Shown: positions 1-9,228, counted from the first letter of the stretch. The stretch is DNA of 64,000 nt from a virus (IMGVR_UViG_3300008116_000027:1-64000); one strand, 5' to 3'. A program made the numbers and translations. The notes: generated from the sequence alone by a model not told the origin.

Positions 1-272
1 ATTTTGCCCCTATATTTATATATAAAAATAGGACATATATATCCAAGATGTACATATAGTACAAATCGGACATTATGTCCTAATATGATTATACTGTTAC
101 TTATAGGTTATAGTTACTGGACCACATAGTTCATTATATCTATCTATCTCTGCAGTCTTCCGTGCCTTTTCCGCCTTCTTCCATTTTCTAAAAGAAGCAA
201 GGGCGTGATTCTTATCCCGCCCATTGCCCTTCCATTTACGGGGTTTGCGTTGGCTAGATCCAGCAGCTTTGC

Positions 273-548
273 TCATGCCTGGATACCCACCTCATGAGCC
301 TCTATTACTTCAGCAAGATGTGAGGCAAGCATAATAGCCTCAGAGGTAAAACCTTCTTCCCAATACGCCTCAAACCTAGAAGCCTGTTCTTTAATGATTT
401 CGGTCATTAACTCCATTAGTCTATCTTGGGTATATAAAGGAAATCTATTTACAATTACACTAGCACATATAGAAGGATTAAACCAATGGTTATCCAATAC
501 TGTTGCTAATTGTTCTGCGATTTTATCTTCATCTGTTTTCTTTGCCAT
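273..548 (-). CDS. hypothetical protein (early region)
   Basis: 91-aa ORF preceded by AGAAAGGCGG and TGGTATAAT; same strand as the whole block. Confidence 0.75.
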   Translation of the reverse strand: MAKKTDEDKIAEQLATVLDNHWFNPSICASVIVNRFPLYTQDRLMELMTEIIKEQASRFEAYWEEGFTSEAIMLASHLAEVIEAHEVGIQA

Positions 549-632
549 ATCCGCCTTTCTAAAAGATTATACCAAAAAGGTTGGGGAAGGTCAATGTTTG
601 GGGGCCACTGACCCTCCCCAATGTTAGATAGT

Positions 633-779
633 TTACTTAGACTTGGTAGGAAGCTCTTTTGTAAACTGTACGCCATTCTTAACAGCCTCTGATAGAGCCT
701 GCTTAGCAGCACCTGAGAAGCGACCACGCTTGCCCACGGTAATGCCCTTGCTTACTAGATATTCACGTTTTGTTGTCAT
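633..779 (-). CDS. 48-aa Lsr2-like DNA-binding-domain peptide
   Basis: Translated by hand: MTTKREYLVSKGITVGKRGRFSGAAKQAL...; resembles the Lsr2 C-terminal motif (REW-x3-G-x2-V-x2-RGR); ATGA overlap with upstream gene. Confidence 0.6.
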   Translation of the reverse strand: MTTKREYLVSKGITVGKRGRFSGAAKQALSEAVKNGVQFTKELPTKSK

Positions 780-1222
780 TGTGTTGACCCTTCTAATACG
801 ACAGGCTCCGCCTTGAAACCTGATTCTTGCGTTCCATATTCAGTTGTGTTATCTGACTCCTCGTCAGAATCTTCGTCTTCGTCATCAAGCCAGTTGTCAT
901 CATCTAGGGCGACCAAGAAATTATTATTGATCATCCAATCCGTGACAGCCTCGTCCATGTACTCAGCGCCATACTCTAATGTAAATTGATCAGGCGGGTT
1001 ACCCCAGAGTTCCTCCCAGATATTATCTAGAGTTACTCCTTCTTTAACAACATATTCATTCCAATCAGATACAGTCTCATATGATTGATACTTATCTCGA
1101 ATAATATCCCAAGACCATAGCCATACTAATGGAATTCCTACATCCATATTATTTAAAGTATTTACTATTTGGTCCAATTGCATTTTGATCTTGACACCAC
1201 GATCATAGTCTGCATTATCCAC
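776..1222 (-). CDS. acidic hypothetical protein
   Basis: 148-aa ORF, GTG start after CAACGAAAGGG. Confidence 0.75.
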   Translation of the reverse strand: MDNADYDRGVKIKMQLDQIVNTLNNMDVGIPLVWLWSWDIIRDKYQSYETVSDWNEYVVKEGVTLDNIWEELWGNPPDQFTLEYGAEYMDEAVTDWMINNNFLVALDDDNWLDDEDEDSDEESDNTTEYGTQESGFKAEPVVLEGSTQ

Positions 1223-1469
1223 GTTGTTTAGCCCTTTCGTTGATAGCGAATGATAAATTATACGTCATAACATAGATATCTGTCAAGGCATCCAGCCTAC
1301 CTGATAAATATTGATATTCAGGATTATCTTGTAGCTCAGAAATGTCTAATAGTCTAGTTTCACATTCATACATTAAGTTTTTTAATTCTCCATGCATGAC
1401 ATCAGTTCCCGTTTCTCCCATATCTATCAGCTTTTGAAGATGTGGGCTTAATTCATCAGACATTATCAT
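1215..1469 (-). CDS. hypothetical protein
   Basis: ORF with GGAGGT RBS, overlapping the next gene. Confidence 0.7.
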   Translation of the reverse strand: MIMSDELSPHLQKLIDMGETGTDVMHGELKNLMYECETRLLDISELQDNPEYQYLSGRLDALTDIYVMTYNLSFAINERAKQRG

Positions 1470-1600
1470 TTGCTACCTCCAGTAGATGTCTAACTGCATG
1501 TATTTGTCCTTCTAAAAATATAAGATCTTCAGGGCTTTTATCTAATGGGTCTCTATCTTGATTAAGACTAATTAGATGTATATTCATATATTCAATCATC

Positions 1601-1798
1601 TTAGTATGATTCACCTTGTACATATCCTTCCGCTAATAGACCTTCAAAGAAATCCCATATGGTTAATAGACCTTGCTTAACGCTAGGGTCGGTGGCGGAA
1701 TCAATAGCAACAGTTAATGATGTACCAAACTCCTGTATATCCTTATATGTATATCCTAACATTCTATGTAGTATTCCTCTCCTGGTTCGACTTGCCAA
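1601..1798 (-). CDS. hypothetical protein (true start probably the internal MLGY)
   Basis: ORF track; AGGAGAGGA RBS precedes the internal ATG. Confidence 0.6.
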   Translation of the reverse strand: MASRTRRGILHRMLGYTYKDIQEFGTSLTVAIDSATDPSVKQGLLTIWDFFEGLLAEGYVQGESY

Positions 1799-1995
1799 TA
1801 TTCATTAAATTGTTTTTTGACGGATTCATCAGAGCACATGCTAGCCATTTCATAGTCAGCAATAAACATACCTTCGTCTAAATGACCTGATATCCAACTA
1901 TCAAATAAGTCCTCAGATATCTCTTGAACAATAGCATTTGCAATATGTTCAGGCATATCATCAAACATACTTGGTTTATCATTTGAATAACCCAT
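1756..1995 (-). CDS. acidic hypothetical protein
   Basis: ORF with CGAAAGGA RBS and promoter at 2020-2041. Confidence 0.8.
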   Translation of the reverse strand: MGYSNDKPSMFDDMPEHIANAIVQEISEDLFDSWISGHLDEGMFIADYEMASMCSDESVKKQFNEYWQVEPGEEYYIEC

Positions 1996-2152
1996 ATATA
2001 TCCTTTCGCTAGGACCTTAATTATATAACAGACCACTGACATTGTATATAGAATATAGGTGTGTTTTACACCACATGTCCAAAGCTTGAGATTTCAGGGA
2101 AATATATTTGACTTCCGTAAAGACAATATGCTACCCTCTCCTCTTTGAGGGC

Positions 2153-2277
2153 AAAAGAAATCCCCCCTGGGACAAGGGGGGATTAAGATGAATGGCTGCT
2201 AGGACCTCAACGAAAGGAAAAACCTGCCTTACTTAGCATCCAATAGATGCACCATTCTATGAATAGGCACAGGGCCT
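2153..2277 (-). ncRNA. candidate ~125-nt sRNA carrying an anti-RBS sequence UUUCCUUUCGUUG
   Basis: TGA-TATAAT at 2284-2292 (-), no ORF, ends in hairpin AATCCCCCC/GGGGGGATT plus T-tract; internal stems GAATGG/CCATTC and GCATC/GATGC. Confidence 0.6.
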
Positions 2278-2294
2278 AATCAAATTATATCACA

Positions 2295-2699
2295 CTAGAC
2301 TAGCAGTCTTTCTAGCGCATACTTCTCACAGAACGCTGTTAGGTCCATGGTAAAGATTGCTTCATTCTTCATACCTAAAACTTTATTCTCTAAGTTACGG
2401 TGATCGTCTTGCTCGTGTAATGAGAAGGTCTGATCTTTCCAGTTGATAACAGCAATCTTGTGCTCATTATCTCCAATTGAATTTACTTGAAGACCCCAGC
2501 CTGTTTCCATGTTCCATTGGTCTCCGATTAATTGGCTAATAGCAATACGTGTTGCATATGATTCATCTGTCCAACGAGGACGTGCTGCGATCACAGCATC
2601 CGCCAATTTGCCTAGCATGTTGTAGCCAGCCCAGTGCCCATATAGACATATGGTGTCACCCGCTCCGTCTACGAATACGTAATTTGCTCTGTCTCCCAT
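2295..2699 (-). CDS. conserved phage hypothetical protein (MGDRAN...YGHWAG type)
   Basis: 134-aa ORF, AAGGCGG RBS. Confidence 0.8.
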   Translation of the reverse strand: MGDRANYVFVDGAGDTICLYGHWAGYNMLGKLADAVIAARPRWTDESYATRIAISQLIGDQWNMETGWGLQVNSIGDNEHKIAVINWKDQTFSLHEQDDHRNLENKVLGMKNEAIFTMDLTAFCEKYALERLLV

Positions 2700-2700
2700 T

Positions 2701-2889
2701 TTAAACCGCCTTTTCTAGTTGAGGTATTTCTTCCGTTTTATTTAATTCTATCATTTCAAAGGCCCATTTGTCTAGGGTCTCTGAATTTTTATTTTTATGA
2801 TGTGAACAGAAAGCTAATTCACCGCCTGTACTACGAGCCAGGTATTTGGCTTGAGCTGGGCAGCTGTCGCATTTAATCCATTCGCTCAT
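2701..2889 (-). CDS. small Zn-finger protein (CxxC...FCxHH)
   Basis: CDSC and FCSHH motifs. Confidence 0.75.
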   Translation of the reverse strand: MSEWIKCDSCPAQAKYLARSTGGELAFCSHHKNKNSETLDKWAFEMIELNKTEEIPQLEKAV

Positions 2890-3032
2890 AGTTTATTGCT
2901 TTCTATCATGTCTGATAATCTATCTAATAACCATGAGTCAATATCTGCAATATCAATTTCCCGTAACTTATCAATCATTTCTTCACGGGCAAACTTATAT
3001 CCGTCTTGAAACCCATCTTTATAATCAGACAT
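2886..3032 (-). CDS. 48-aa hypothetical protein
   Basis: Translated by hand (MSDYKDGFQDGYKFAREEM...); fills the gap and overlaps both neighbours. Confidence 0.65.
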   Translation of the reverse strand: MSDYKDGFQDGYKFAREEMIDKLREIDIADIDSWLLDRLSDMIESNKL

Positions 3033-3264
3033 TTATCATCCTATCATATCTGTACGCTAATTCGTTATCAGCATACTTGCTCTCGATTAAAACCTTAAGT
3101 TGGTGCTTAGATATTAATCTAGTTACCTTCTCAATATTACCAGTTCCAATCTCGAAAGTCAATGCATCAAGATTATATGAATCAGGATCCAGGCCTCCAA
3201 CCTCAGCGTCCCATATAGAAAAATGGAACGCCTTAATTGAATCTGCTTTTAATTTATAATACAT
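3025..3264 (-). CDS. hypothetical protein
   Basis: ORF track 3025-3300; ATG at 3264 coupled to the upstream stop (TAATG). Confidence 0.65.
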   Translation of the reverse strand: MYYKLKADSIKAFHFSIWDAEVGGLDPDSYNLDALTFEIGTGNIEKVTRLISKHQLKVLIESKYADNELAYRYDRMINV

Positions 3265-3713
3265 TAGTTCCAATCCACATCTGTGTCTTCGATGCTCCAT
3301 GTGTTAACATCAACATTATGACTATTTGAATCTAATGATAATTCATCACCTAGATAATAATGTGCGTCAAAGTTTTCAACTTCATTAAATGGAACATCAA
3401 CCGTTACTTCAAATGATATAGTTCCAGTTACAGTTACTTGCTTAGATGGGTTAAGATCAAAGTATTCGCAGAGTTCACGAATTACATCATCTTTGTCATA
3501 GTTTGGATTAGACCATTCTATGATTTGATCATTTAGCCCGTCAATCTTATTTCGCAGGCTAAAGTACTCGGCAGTGCGTTGTCTAGCGTTTTCGAGCACC
3601 CATTCTAAATCTGTTACTTTTGTAATTGGAAATGTAACAGTTTCTCCGTCAATCACCTTGTACTGTACAAGGGCATTAGGATTATATGTGTCAGGTATTA
3701 CAGTTGATTCCAT
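3264..3713 (-). CDS. hypothetical protein
   Basis: 149-aa ORF, CAACGAAAGGAAA RBS, own promoter at 3744-3765. Confidence 0.85.
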   Translation of the reverse strand: MESTVIPDTYNPNALVQYKVIDGETVTFPITKVTDLEWVLENARQRTAEYFSLRNKIDGLNDQIIEWSNPNYDKDDVIRELCEYFDLNPSKQVTVTGTISFEVTVDVPFNEVENFDAHYYLGDELSLDSNSHNVDVNTWSIEDTDVDWN

Positions 3714-3714
3714 G

Positions 3715-4473
3715 TTAGTTTCCTTTCGTTGTGGTAGTGGCTAATTGTACACCATGGGTCTGACATTCTTTCATTGCTTCCTCATCTTGCCAAGAACCTT
3801 GATTGCATTCTGAGCAGAATTCACCGCAGCCGTCCTCACAATAATCTAATGTATTAAAGGATTGGCAAGCATAGCAGCGATTCTCGTATTCTAGTTTAGT
3901 TGTAACCTCACCATTTACAATCTCATATTCTCCTCCCCAGCCTTGCTCCTCTTCAAATTCTAAAGTAAGGACACAGTTCGGAATTAAGTTAGATAGTTTA
4001 ACTAATACAGAGACGGCAGGCGACCATGCAGTATTATATTTATATACTAGCCATTGGTCCTCACCATCAGACATATGCTCCAGTAGTTCAGTATCAGGAT
4101 ACTCGTCACCATCTGATACAGCAACATCCCATTTAGTTCCCCAATTAGAAGTATTCCAGTTATACCAGTCTTTCTGAGTCTTAGCATGCTCTACTTCTTT
4201 AGCAAACCAATCAGGGGAATTTGTATCTAGTCCTAGTCGTGCAGGTTGTTGAACATATTCTTCCATTGTAATACCATCCTCTAATGGAGAATGTATATTC
4301 CAAAAAGCAAAGACAGGATTAGAATAAGTAGACTTAGTTACTTCCATCTGCATAGTCTTCATGTTCCAACTATCATGCATTACTTCAAATGGCTGATTAA
4401 GTTTATCTTTAATTGAATCTACTTGGTCTTTAGGACCTTGTATAGTTAATGTGTTATACACCCAGTTAGGCAT
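3715..4473 (-). CDS. DUF1281/YubB ferredoxin-like domain protein with C-terminal Cys cluster
   Basis: MPNW start, DWYNWN..NWGTKWD and TAWSP motifs; start moved to the ATG after CAACGAAAGGA. Confidence 0.75.
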   Translation of the reverse strand: MPNWVYNTLTIQGPKDQVDSIKDKLNQPFEVMHDSWNMKTMQMEVTKSTYSNPVFAFWNIHSPLEDGITMEEYVQQPARLGLDTNSPDWFAKEVEHAKTQKDWYNWNTSNWGTKWDVAVSDGDEYPDTELLEHMSDGEDQWLVYKYNTAWSPAVSVLVKLSNLIPNCVLTLEFEEEQGWGGEYEIVNGEVTTKLEYENRCYACQSFNTLDYCEDGCGEFCSECNQGSWQDEEAMKECQTHGVQLATTTTKGN

Positions 4474-4595
4474 TTCATTCCTTTCGTTGAATGTCGCAAT
4501 TGTAGCAGAGTCAACTGACATTATCAAGGATTTTGGGGCTTTTTATATGTATGCCGTAAAAGAGCTATGTTGCCTTTAGCTCTGGGGGCAGCTTG

Positions 4596-4669
4596 CGATC
4601 CCAACGGGACTTGAACCCGTAGCCTCTACCGTGACAGGGTAACGATCTAACCAATTGATCTATGGGACC
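4596..4669 (-). tRNA. tRNA-Asp(GTC)
   Basis: Cloverleaf: acceptor GGTCCCA/TGGGATC, anticodon loop CTGTCAC, GTTCAAGTC T-loop; no encoded CCA. Confidence 0.93.
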
Positions 4670-4673
4670 AGAA

Positions 4674-4697
4674 TATAGGGCCCTTGCGGGCCCCATA
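4674..4697. terminator. hairpin after the DUF932 gene
   Basis: ATATAGGGCCC-TTGC-GGGCCCCATAT inverted repeat. Confidence 0.55.
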
Positions 4698-4701
4698 TTA
4701 T

Positions 4702-5718
4702 TTATACTAGTTGTAATTTATTTTGTACAACTTTTAACAAACGATTTTTTTCTGCGTTAATTGCAGGATCAAAACCGCTTGCAGATGCTAACATATTTTC
4801 AGTGTTAGTACCACGGGCATTGCGATGCCAATCTAAACGCTCAGTTAAAGCATTTAAAGCACCCCACGCATTACCAGCGATTGTGTGATTATATTCGCCA
4901 GTATAAATATCGTTAATTAAATTAACTTTATTTTCCCATTTCTTGATTGCACCCTTAACATCTTTATCAGGTTTTGGATAAGCAGCAAGAATGATTTCGT
5001 TAAATTGTTGAGCGGTAATTTCCGTCTCAATCATTAACTTAGCCATGATGTCGAATTTATCCATGTATGCATTGGCAAGACCTAAAGTCTCACGGGCAAC
5101 TTGAATGCGACCTTCCGCCGATTGTGTATGACGGATTTTGAAAGATTGCTTTACGCCATCTTTTTTCTTGATGCTACCCAATGCAAGATTGAGAGTATTA
5201 GCACACACAACACGAACGGGTGTTATGGATGCTTGAATTGCAATTGATCCATCATGCGATGTATTAATTAGCAAATATGTTTTAACCACATCTGCCACGC
5301 CGTTAGGATCGAGCACGGTCTCACGCTCTAAAGCAAGAGATCCAAATACAACACGTCCGCCACGGATTGAGCCAGCGGTCTCCCATCGGCCTCCACCATC
5401 TAGGATGTTATCACCAAATGCAAATAAATCTTCATTTTGCAATGGTACATAGCGCTCACCGACAATTCCTAAAACATCGGTTTGTGTTTTGTCCGTAGGA
5501 TTAGTACGCACAACATATTGATAGTTTTTATCGGATGTTAATTGAGATGGGATTTCTAAATCTTCTAATCTAACATTCCATCCGTTAAGATTTGCAGCAA
5601 CTAGCATTTCGCTAGTATTTTTTTCTTCTGTGAACACGGTACCTAAACCATGCCACGCAGGTTCACGGAATGATGCAAAACTTGCTACACCATTTTGTGA
5701 TTCTAGTTCATGAGCCAT
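4702..5718 (-). CDS. DUF932 family phage/plasmid protein (TIGR03299-like)
   Basis: MAHELE..AWHGLG, ETAGS..GGR, NTSHDGS, TPVRVVCANTL and RHT motifs. Confidence 0.9.
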   Translation of the reverse strand: MAHELESQNGVASFASFREPAWHGLGTVFTEEKNTSEMLVAANLNGWNVRLEDLEIPSQLTSDKNYQYVVRTNPTDKTQTDVLGIVGERYVPLQNEDLFAFGDNILDGGGRWETAGSIRGGRVVFGSLALERETVLDPNGVADVVKTYLLINTSHDGSIAIQASITPVRVVCANTLNLALGSIKKKDGVKQSFKIRHTQSAEGRIQVARETLGLANAYMDKFDIMAKLMIETEITAQQFNEIILAAYPKPDKDVKGAIKKWENKVNLINDIYTGEYNHTIAGNAWGALNALTERLDWHRNARGTNTENMLASASGFDPAINAEKNRLLKVVQNKLQLV

Positions 5719-5885
5719 TTTTATCCTTTCGTTTTGAGTTGCCTTATTCTAGCATACATGACTGACATCTGGCAATACTACTAAACATTCCAGGGGAAAA
5801 TTTGGACTTGACGTAAACAGAAAAATGCCCCCACAGCTTTGCGGGCAGGGAAATGGGCCAGGAGCAAGGACCTGGCCCAAGATTA

Positions 5886-6098
5886 TTAGATTAAAGAATG
5901 AATCTCTTCTGGAAAATAAGCAGCAAATATTTTTTTGTTATCTTTTGTATCAACTACATATGCTTTGACTGTTCCTTGAAAGCGTTTTATGTTTTGCTTA
6001 ACTGCTTTTGTAATTGCTTCACGATTTACATTTTCTTTAAAATAAAGAGTTAAATCGTGAGCTTTGTTTGCGTCGTAGATTTCTACACGATACCGCAT
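5886..6098 (-). CDS. hypothetical protein
   Basis: 70-aa ORF with AAAGGA RBS; followed by a GGGCCAGG/CCTGGCCC hairpin. Confidence 0.75.
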   Translation of the reverse strand: MRYRVEIYDANKAHDLTLYFKENVNREAITKAVKQNIKRFQGTVKAYVVDTKDNKKIFAAYFPEEIHSLI

Positions 6099-6167
6099 TT
6101 TATTCCTTTGTTAGTAGGGATAACTATTTTAACATAGGGGGCTAGATTTTGTCTAGCCCCCAGTTAA

Positions 6168-6590
6168 TTACAAGTATCTTGCGATAGCGTTGTATGTAGA
6201 AGTAGAAACTACTTCCTCATCGGTCATTTTAAGGATACGGATAGCGTTCTCTATCTCCTCTTTCATCTCACGATAACTATGAACATGGATTACCTCATAA
6301 TTACGCTCAGGCTCTTTTGGAAAGTCTTTCTCATCTATGATTAAATCAAAATCAACATTAAGAGTTGTGTTCCAAGAACGATAATTGGTGCGTAGGTTTT
6401 GTGCTTTGGCAATTTGTCCAACTGCCCATTTGCCAATATCCTTCTGCCACTTTTCGTATGCCTTCTTATATTTGGCTTCGTTCTCGTCTTGCTTTGTGTA
6501 GTCAGCCTCTATCTTTGCTAACTTTGTTTCTAGGGCTTTAATAACCTTAGCAGTTGCGATTTTTACCTGTATTGCTTTGCCTCTTGCCAT
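6168..6590 (-). CDS. hypothetical coiled-coil protein
   Basis: 140-aa ORF with AACGAAAGGA RBS and promoter. Confidence 0.85.
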   Translation of the reverse strand: MARGKAIQVKIATAKVIKALETKLAKIEADYTKQDENEAKYKKAYEKWQKDIGKWAVGQIAKAQNLRTNYRSWNTTLNVDFDLIIDEKDFPKEPERNYEVIHVHSYREMKEEIENAIRILKMTDEEVVSTSTYNAIARYL

Positions 6591-6657
6591 TGTATTCCTT
6601 TCGTTAGGTTGGTTGTATTGTAGCAGACCCTACCGACAATAGAGTCTGCTTATCTTA

Positions 6658-6801
6658 TTACTTAACTGATGCGCTAGTCCAGCGTTCCTTGCCATTTACA
6701 TCTAGCAAGATACGAGCAACACCTGAAGGGTGATTATCAATAGCCTTGATAATTCCCTGAATACCACTTTTAGTGGTTGTGTATAGTTGTCCGATTTCCA
6801 T
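6658..6801 (-). CDS. 47-aa hypothetical protein
   Basis: Translated by hand (MEIGQLYTTTKSGIQG...); own RBS and promoter at 6826-6847. Confidence 0.75.
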   Translation of the reverse strand: MEIGQLYTTTKSGIQGIIKAIDNHPSGVARILLDVNGKERWTSASVK

Positions 6802-6848
6802 TTGTTTCCTTTCGTTTAGGTTTGTATTATAGCACCCTCCACCGACAA

Positions 6849-7118
6849 TTAGTAGTCGGTTTCAGGTAGCCACGCTTCTAGGTGATGCGCTTCTATGATT
6901 GCTGAAGCAGGTGCTTGATCTCTGCCCTTCCATAGTACGCCTTCAGGTAATACGATCATCTTATCGTAGTCGTCCTCATAGTAAGCATCGATAGCATCGA
7001 TACATGGCTGTACCATTGATGCAGGTACGGGTGGATAATGATTACCTTGTAAGTGTATTAGTATTGCTTGATCTAAGTCAAAACTCTCAGCCAAGTCCAT
7101 TGCTGTATTTAGTCCCAT
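6849..7118 (-). CDS. hypothetical protein (HLQGNHYPPVP motif)
   Basis: 89-aa ORF coupled to the upstream stop. Confidence 0.8.
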   Translation of the reverse strand: MGLNTAMDLAESFDLDQAILIHLQGNHYPPVPASMVQPCIDAIDAYYEDDYDKMIVLPEGVLWKGRDQAPASAIIEAHHLEAWLPETDY

Positions 7119-7292
7119 TTATTCTAACTCCTCTAGTATAGTTTCGGATAGGTTTTCCATTTCGCTAATACTATCAACAAGGTCTGACATTTCTTTCTCT
7201 GTTAATAGTACTTTAGTAGTAAGGTCTGCTACCTTGCTATCATATATTGCTTTTTTTGTAGCCTCTGCTAATGATATTGCCGTTGCTAACAT
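7119..7292 (-). CDS. 57-aa hypothetical protein
   Basis: Translated by hand (MLATAISLAEATKKAIYD...); CAACGAAAGGAAA RBS and promoter at 7322-7343. Confidence 0.75.
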   Translation of the reverse strand: MLATAISLAEATKKAIYDSKVADLTTKVLLTEKEMSDLVDSISEMENLSETILEELE

Positions 7293-7346
7293 TTATTTCC
7301 TTTCGTTGTTGTAGTGGGTAGATTATACACCTACCCACCGACATTA

Positions 7347-7607
7347 TTAGGCTAAAACTACTAGAGCCTCAGAAGCACCAGCATTTACTCTATCTAACTC
7401 ATCCTGCAATTCCTCAACGCTTAGTTGAGTTGGGTCGCCAATAAGTTCTAGTGTCATGCGGATATTTTCAGCAGTAAACATTCCAGCAGGCAAGCGTTCT
7501 ACTTTAGGATAGAAAGAGCCTTGTGGGTCTAGCATAGAGTTAAACTTAACTCCATTAACTTCGAATGGGTAAGAGACCCAATTCGTTGTATCTAGCATTG
7601 TTTGCAT
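7347..7607 (-). CDS. hypothetical protein
   Basis: 86-aa ORF with RBS and promoter. Confidence 0.8.
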   Translation of the reverse strand: MQTMLDTTNWVSYPFEVNGVKFNSMLDPQGSFYPKVERLPAGMFTAENIRMTLELIGDPTQLSVEELQDELDRVNAGASEALVVLA

Positions 7608-7874
7608 GTATTTCCTTTCGTTTGATTAGTGGAATTATAGCAGGCCTAACTGACATTATCTAAAACACGCCACAAATTCCAGGGTGTTTTATATCACACT
7701 CTTAAAGACACGCCCGACCCCGCAGGTGTGTGGGCGCCTTTTATCCGCTAAGCCCGTTTTCATCTTTATCTGGTTTAGTATATGTGGCAACAAATAAAAA
7801 AATTATAAATGGAGCGATTATAAATAAACTTAATAAGGCGCCAATTATTTCACCTAACAAAAAATCCATGGGCC

Positions 7875-8594
7875 CTATTTCTTAGTAGCAGAAAATCTAA
7901 TATCTGCTTTACCATAAACACACAATCCGCAAGATACGCAAGCAGAACCGCTAGCAGAAATTAATGGAATGCTTTTATTGTTTTCAGGACACTTAGCGCC
8001 AGGCTTACCAATTAATTCTTTCATAGTATTTTCGGTAACGGCAAAAGTCTTCCCAAGATAAGCCAATCTAATTTTAGTACCAGTCTTACGCAGATCATGC
8101 GCTATATCTTTATTCTCATCATCCGTAGAATAATAAAGAGATAGATTAGCAATGTTATCTAGAATAAGCGCAGCAGACTTAACTCGTGTATAAACCCAGA
8201 ATTGAATATCAGCATTAGTTAAGATTACGTATTGCCATGCACGTGCATAGGTATCATTAAAGAAATCTCCATCCCAGTGGATACGGAATAATAATTTAGC
8301 ATTTTTCTTTTCACAATCTTTTCTAAAATCATTAATCATATTTTCTAATAGGTCTACCATAGTAGGCTCATCAGCGTCTTTTAATAAATTCCAATTGTGC
8401 ATGAGCACGTCTCTTACACCTTTATAAACTTTTTCTAATTTGCCAGCATAACACACGCTTTCGCATATGCTAGTAGCGCCAGGACATGAGAATGCTTTAC
8501 CAGCAGGCAACCCGAATGTATTAGCAATGGCAGGGGTCTTACCATTTTTAGAAACTAAATTAGTTACTTTTCTGTCATTAGATCTTTTTAACAT
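7875..8594 (-). CDS. GP88-like Cys-rich (putative Fe-S) protein
   Basis: FGLPAG...CPGA..IC...CYA, FRIHWDGDF, WVYTR and C-terminal CxxCxLC; leaderless ATG 7 nt after TATAAT. Confidence 0.7.
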   Translation of the reverse strand: MLKRSNDRKVTNLVSKNGKTPAIANTFGLPAGKAFSCPGATSICESVCYAGKLEKVYKGVRDVLMHNWNLLKDADEPTMVDLLENMINDFRKDCEKKNAKLLFRIHWDGDFFNDTYARAWQYVILTNADIQFWVYTRVKSAALILDNIANLSLYYSTDDENKDIAHDLRKTGTKIRLAYLGKTFAVTENTMKELIGKPGAKCPENNKSIPLISASGSACVSCGLCVYGKADIRFSATKK

Positions 8595-8623
8595 GGGGGT
8601 AATTATAGCAGGGGCAGGTGACA

Positions 8624-8779
8624 TTAGAGGTCACCCATCTCTGCATCTGCCATGCGTGTCATAGCCCAATCAGCTGCTAGATCACGATCATACACGGCCA
8701 TGCCTTCCGTAGTATAGCCACGGGCACAAATTGTGCAAATAGAGTGATTAGTACAGTAGCATGAATTGATATCGTTCAT
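8624..8779 (-). CDS. 51-aa Cys-rich hypothetical protein
   Basis: Start MNDINSCYC after AACGAAAGG and promoter at 8806-8827. Confidence 0.7.
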   Translation of the reverse strand: MNDINSCYCTNHSICTICARGYTTEGMAVYDRDLAADWAMTRMADAEMGDL

Positions 8780-8913
8780 TAGTTGACCTTTCGTTAAGTA
8801 ATGGAATACTAACAGATCACACTGACATTTACAAATCGACACGCCGCAGATTTCGGGGGATTTTTTTAATGTGGCGTAAATCACAAAATGCCCCCACAGG
8901 GTTTGTGGGCGCA

Positions 8914-8929
8914 TCGAACGTTTGTTCTA
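8914..8929. promoter_or_regulatory. LexA (SOS) box-like site
   Basis: TCGAAC-GTTT-GTTCTA versus the actinobacterial consensus TCGAAC-N4-GTTCGA; second copy TCGAAC-AAAA-GTTCGG at 11040-11055. Confidence 0.55.
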
Positions 8930-8933
8930 ATAA

Positions 8934-9062
8934 TTAATTAGAAGCTTTTTTATGTTTTATTTTTCTAGTATATTTTTTTTTATTGCGAACAGGTTGCGCC
9001 GCATTTGATCGGCGCAATTCCTGAATGCGTTTTACTTTATTTAGAAGAGAAGTTTGGAACAT
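8934..9062 (-). CDS. 42-aa highly basic peptide
   Basis: Translated by hand: MFQTSLLNKVKRIQELRRSNAAQPVRNKKKYTRKIKHKKASN. Confidence 0.6.
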   Translation of the reverse strand: MFQTSLLNKVKRIQELRRSNAAQPVRNKKKYTRKIKHKKASN

Positions 9063-9228
9063 TATAACCGCTTGCCTCATAGAATTTATTTACATTAAAA
9101 TTAGAATTCTCTTTGGCACACAACTCCGCAAAATCTAAAACCATTTTAGAAAAAATAGCGGGGTGAGTTTTGTTAGAGTTATATTTTAAAATTGTAGCAA
9201 TTTCTTTAAAATGTTTTTTTGTCATCAT
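9037..9228 (-). CDS. hypothetical protein (MTKKHF...NFNVNKF type)
   Basis: 63-aa ORF, ATGA overlap. Confidence 0.75.
   Translation of the reverse strand: MMTKKHFKEIATILKYNSNKTHPAIFSKMVLDFAELCAKENSNFNVNKFYEASGYNVPNFSSK

Noticed and set aside
4474-8914. ORF-track N-terminal extensions (starts 4527, 8624 and 8914; also 42877)
   Set aside because: The extensions run through promoter motifs and RBSs; downstream ATGs at 4473, 8594, 8779 and 42913 fit much better
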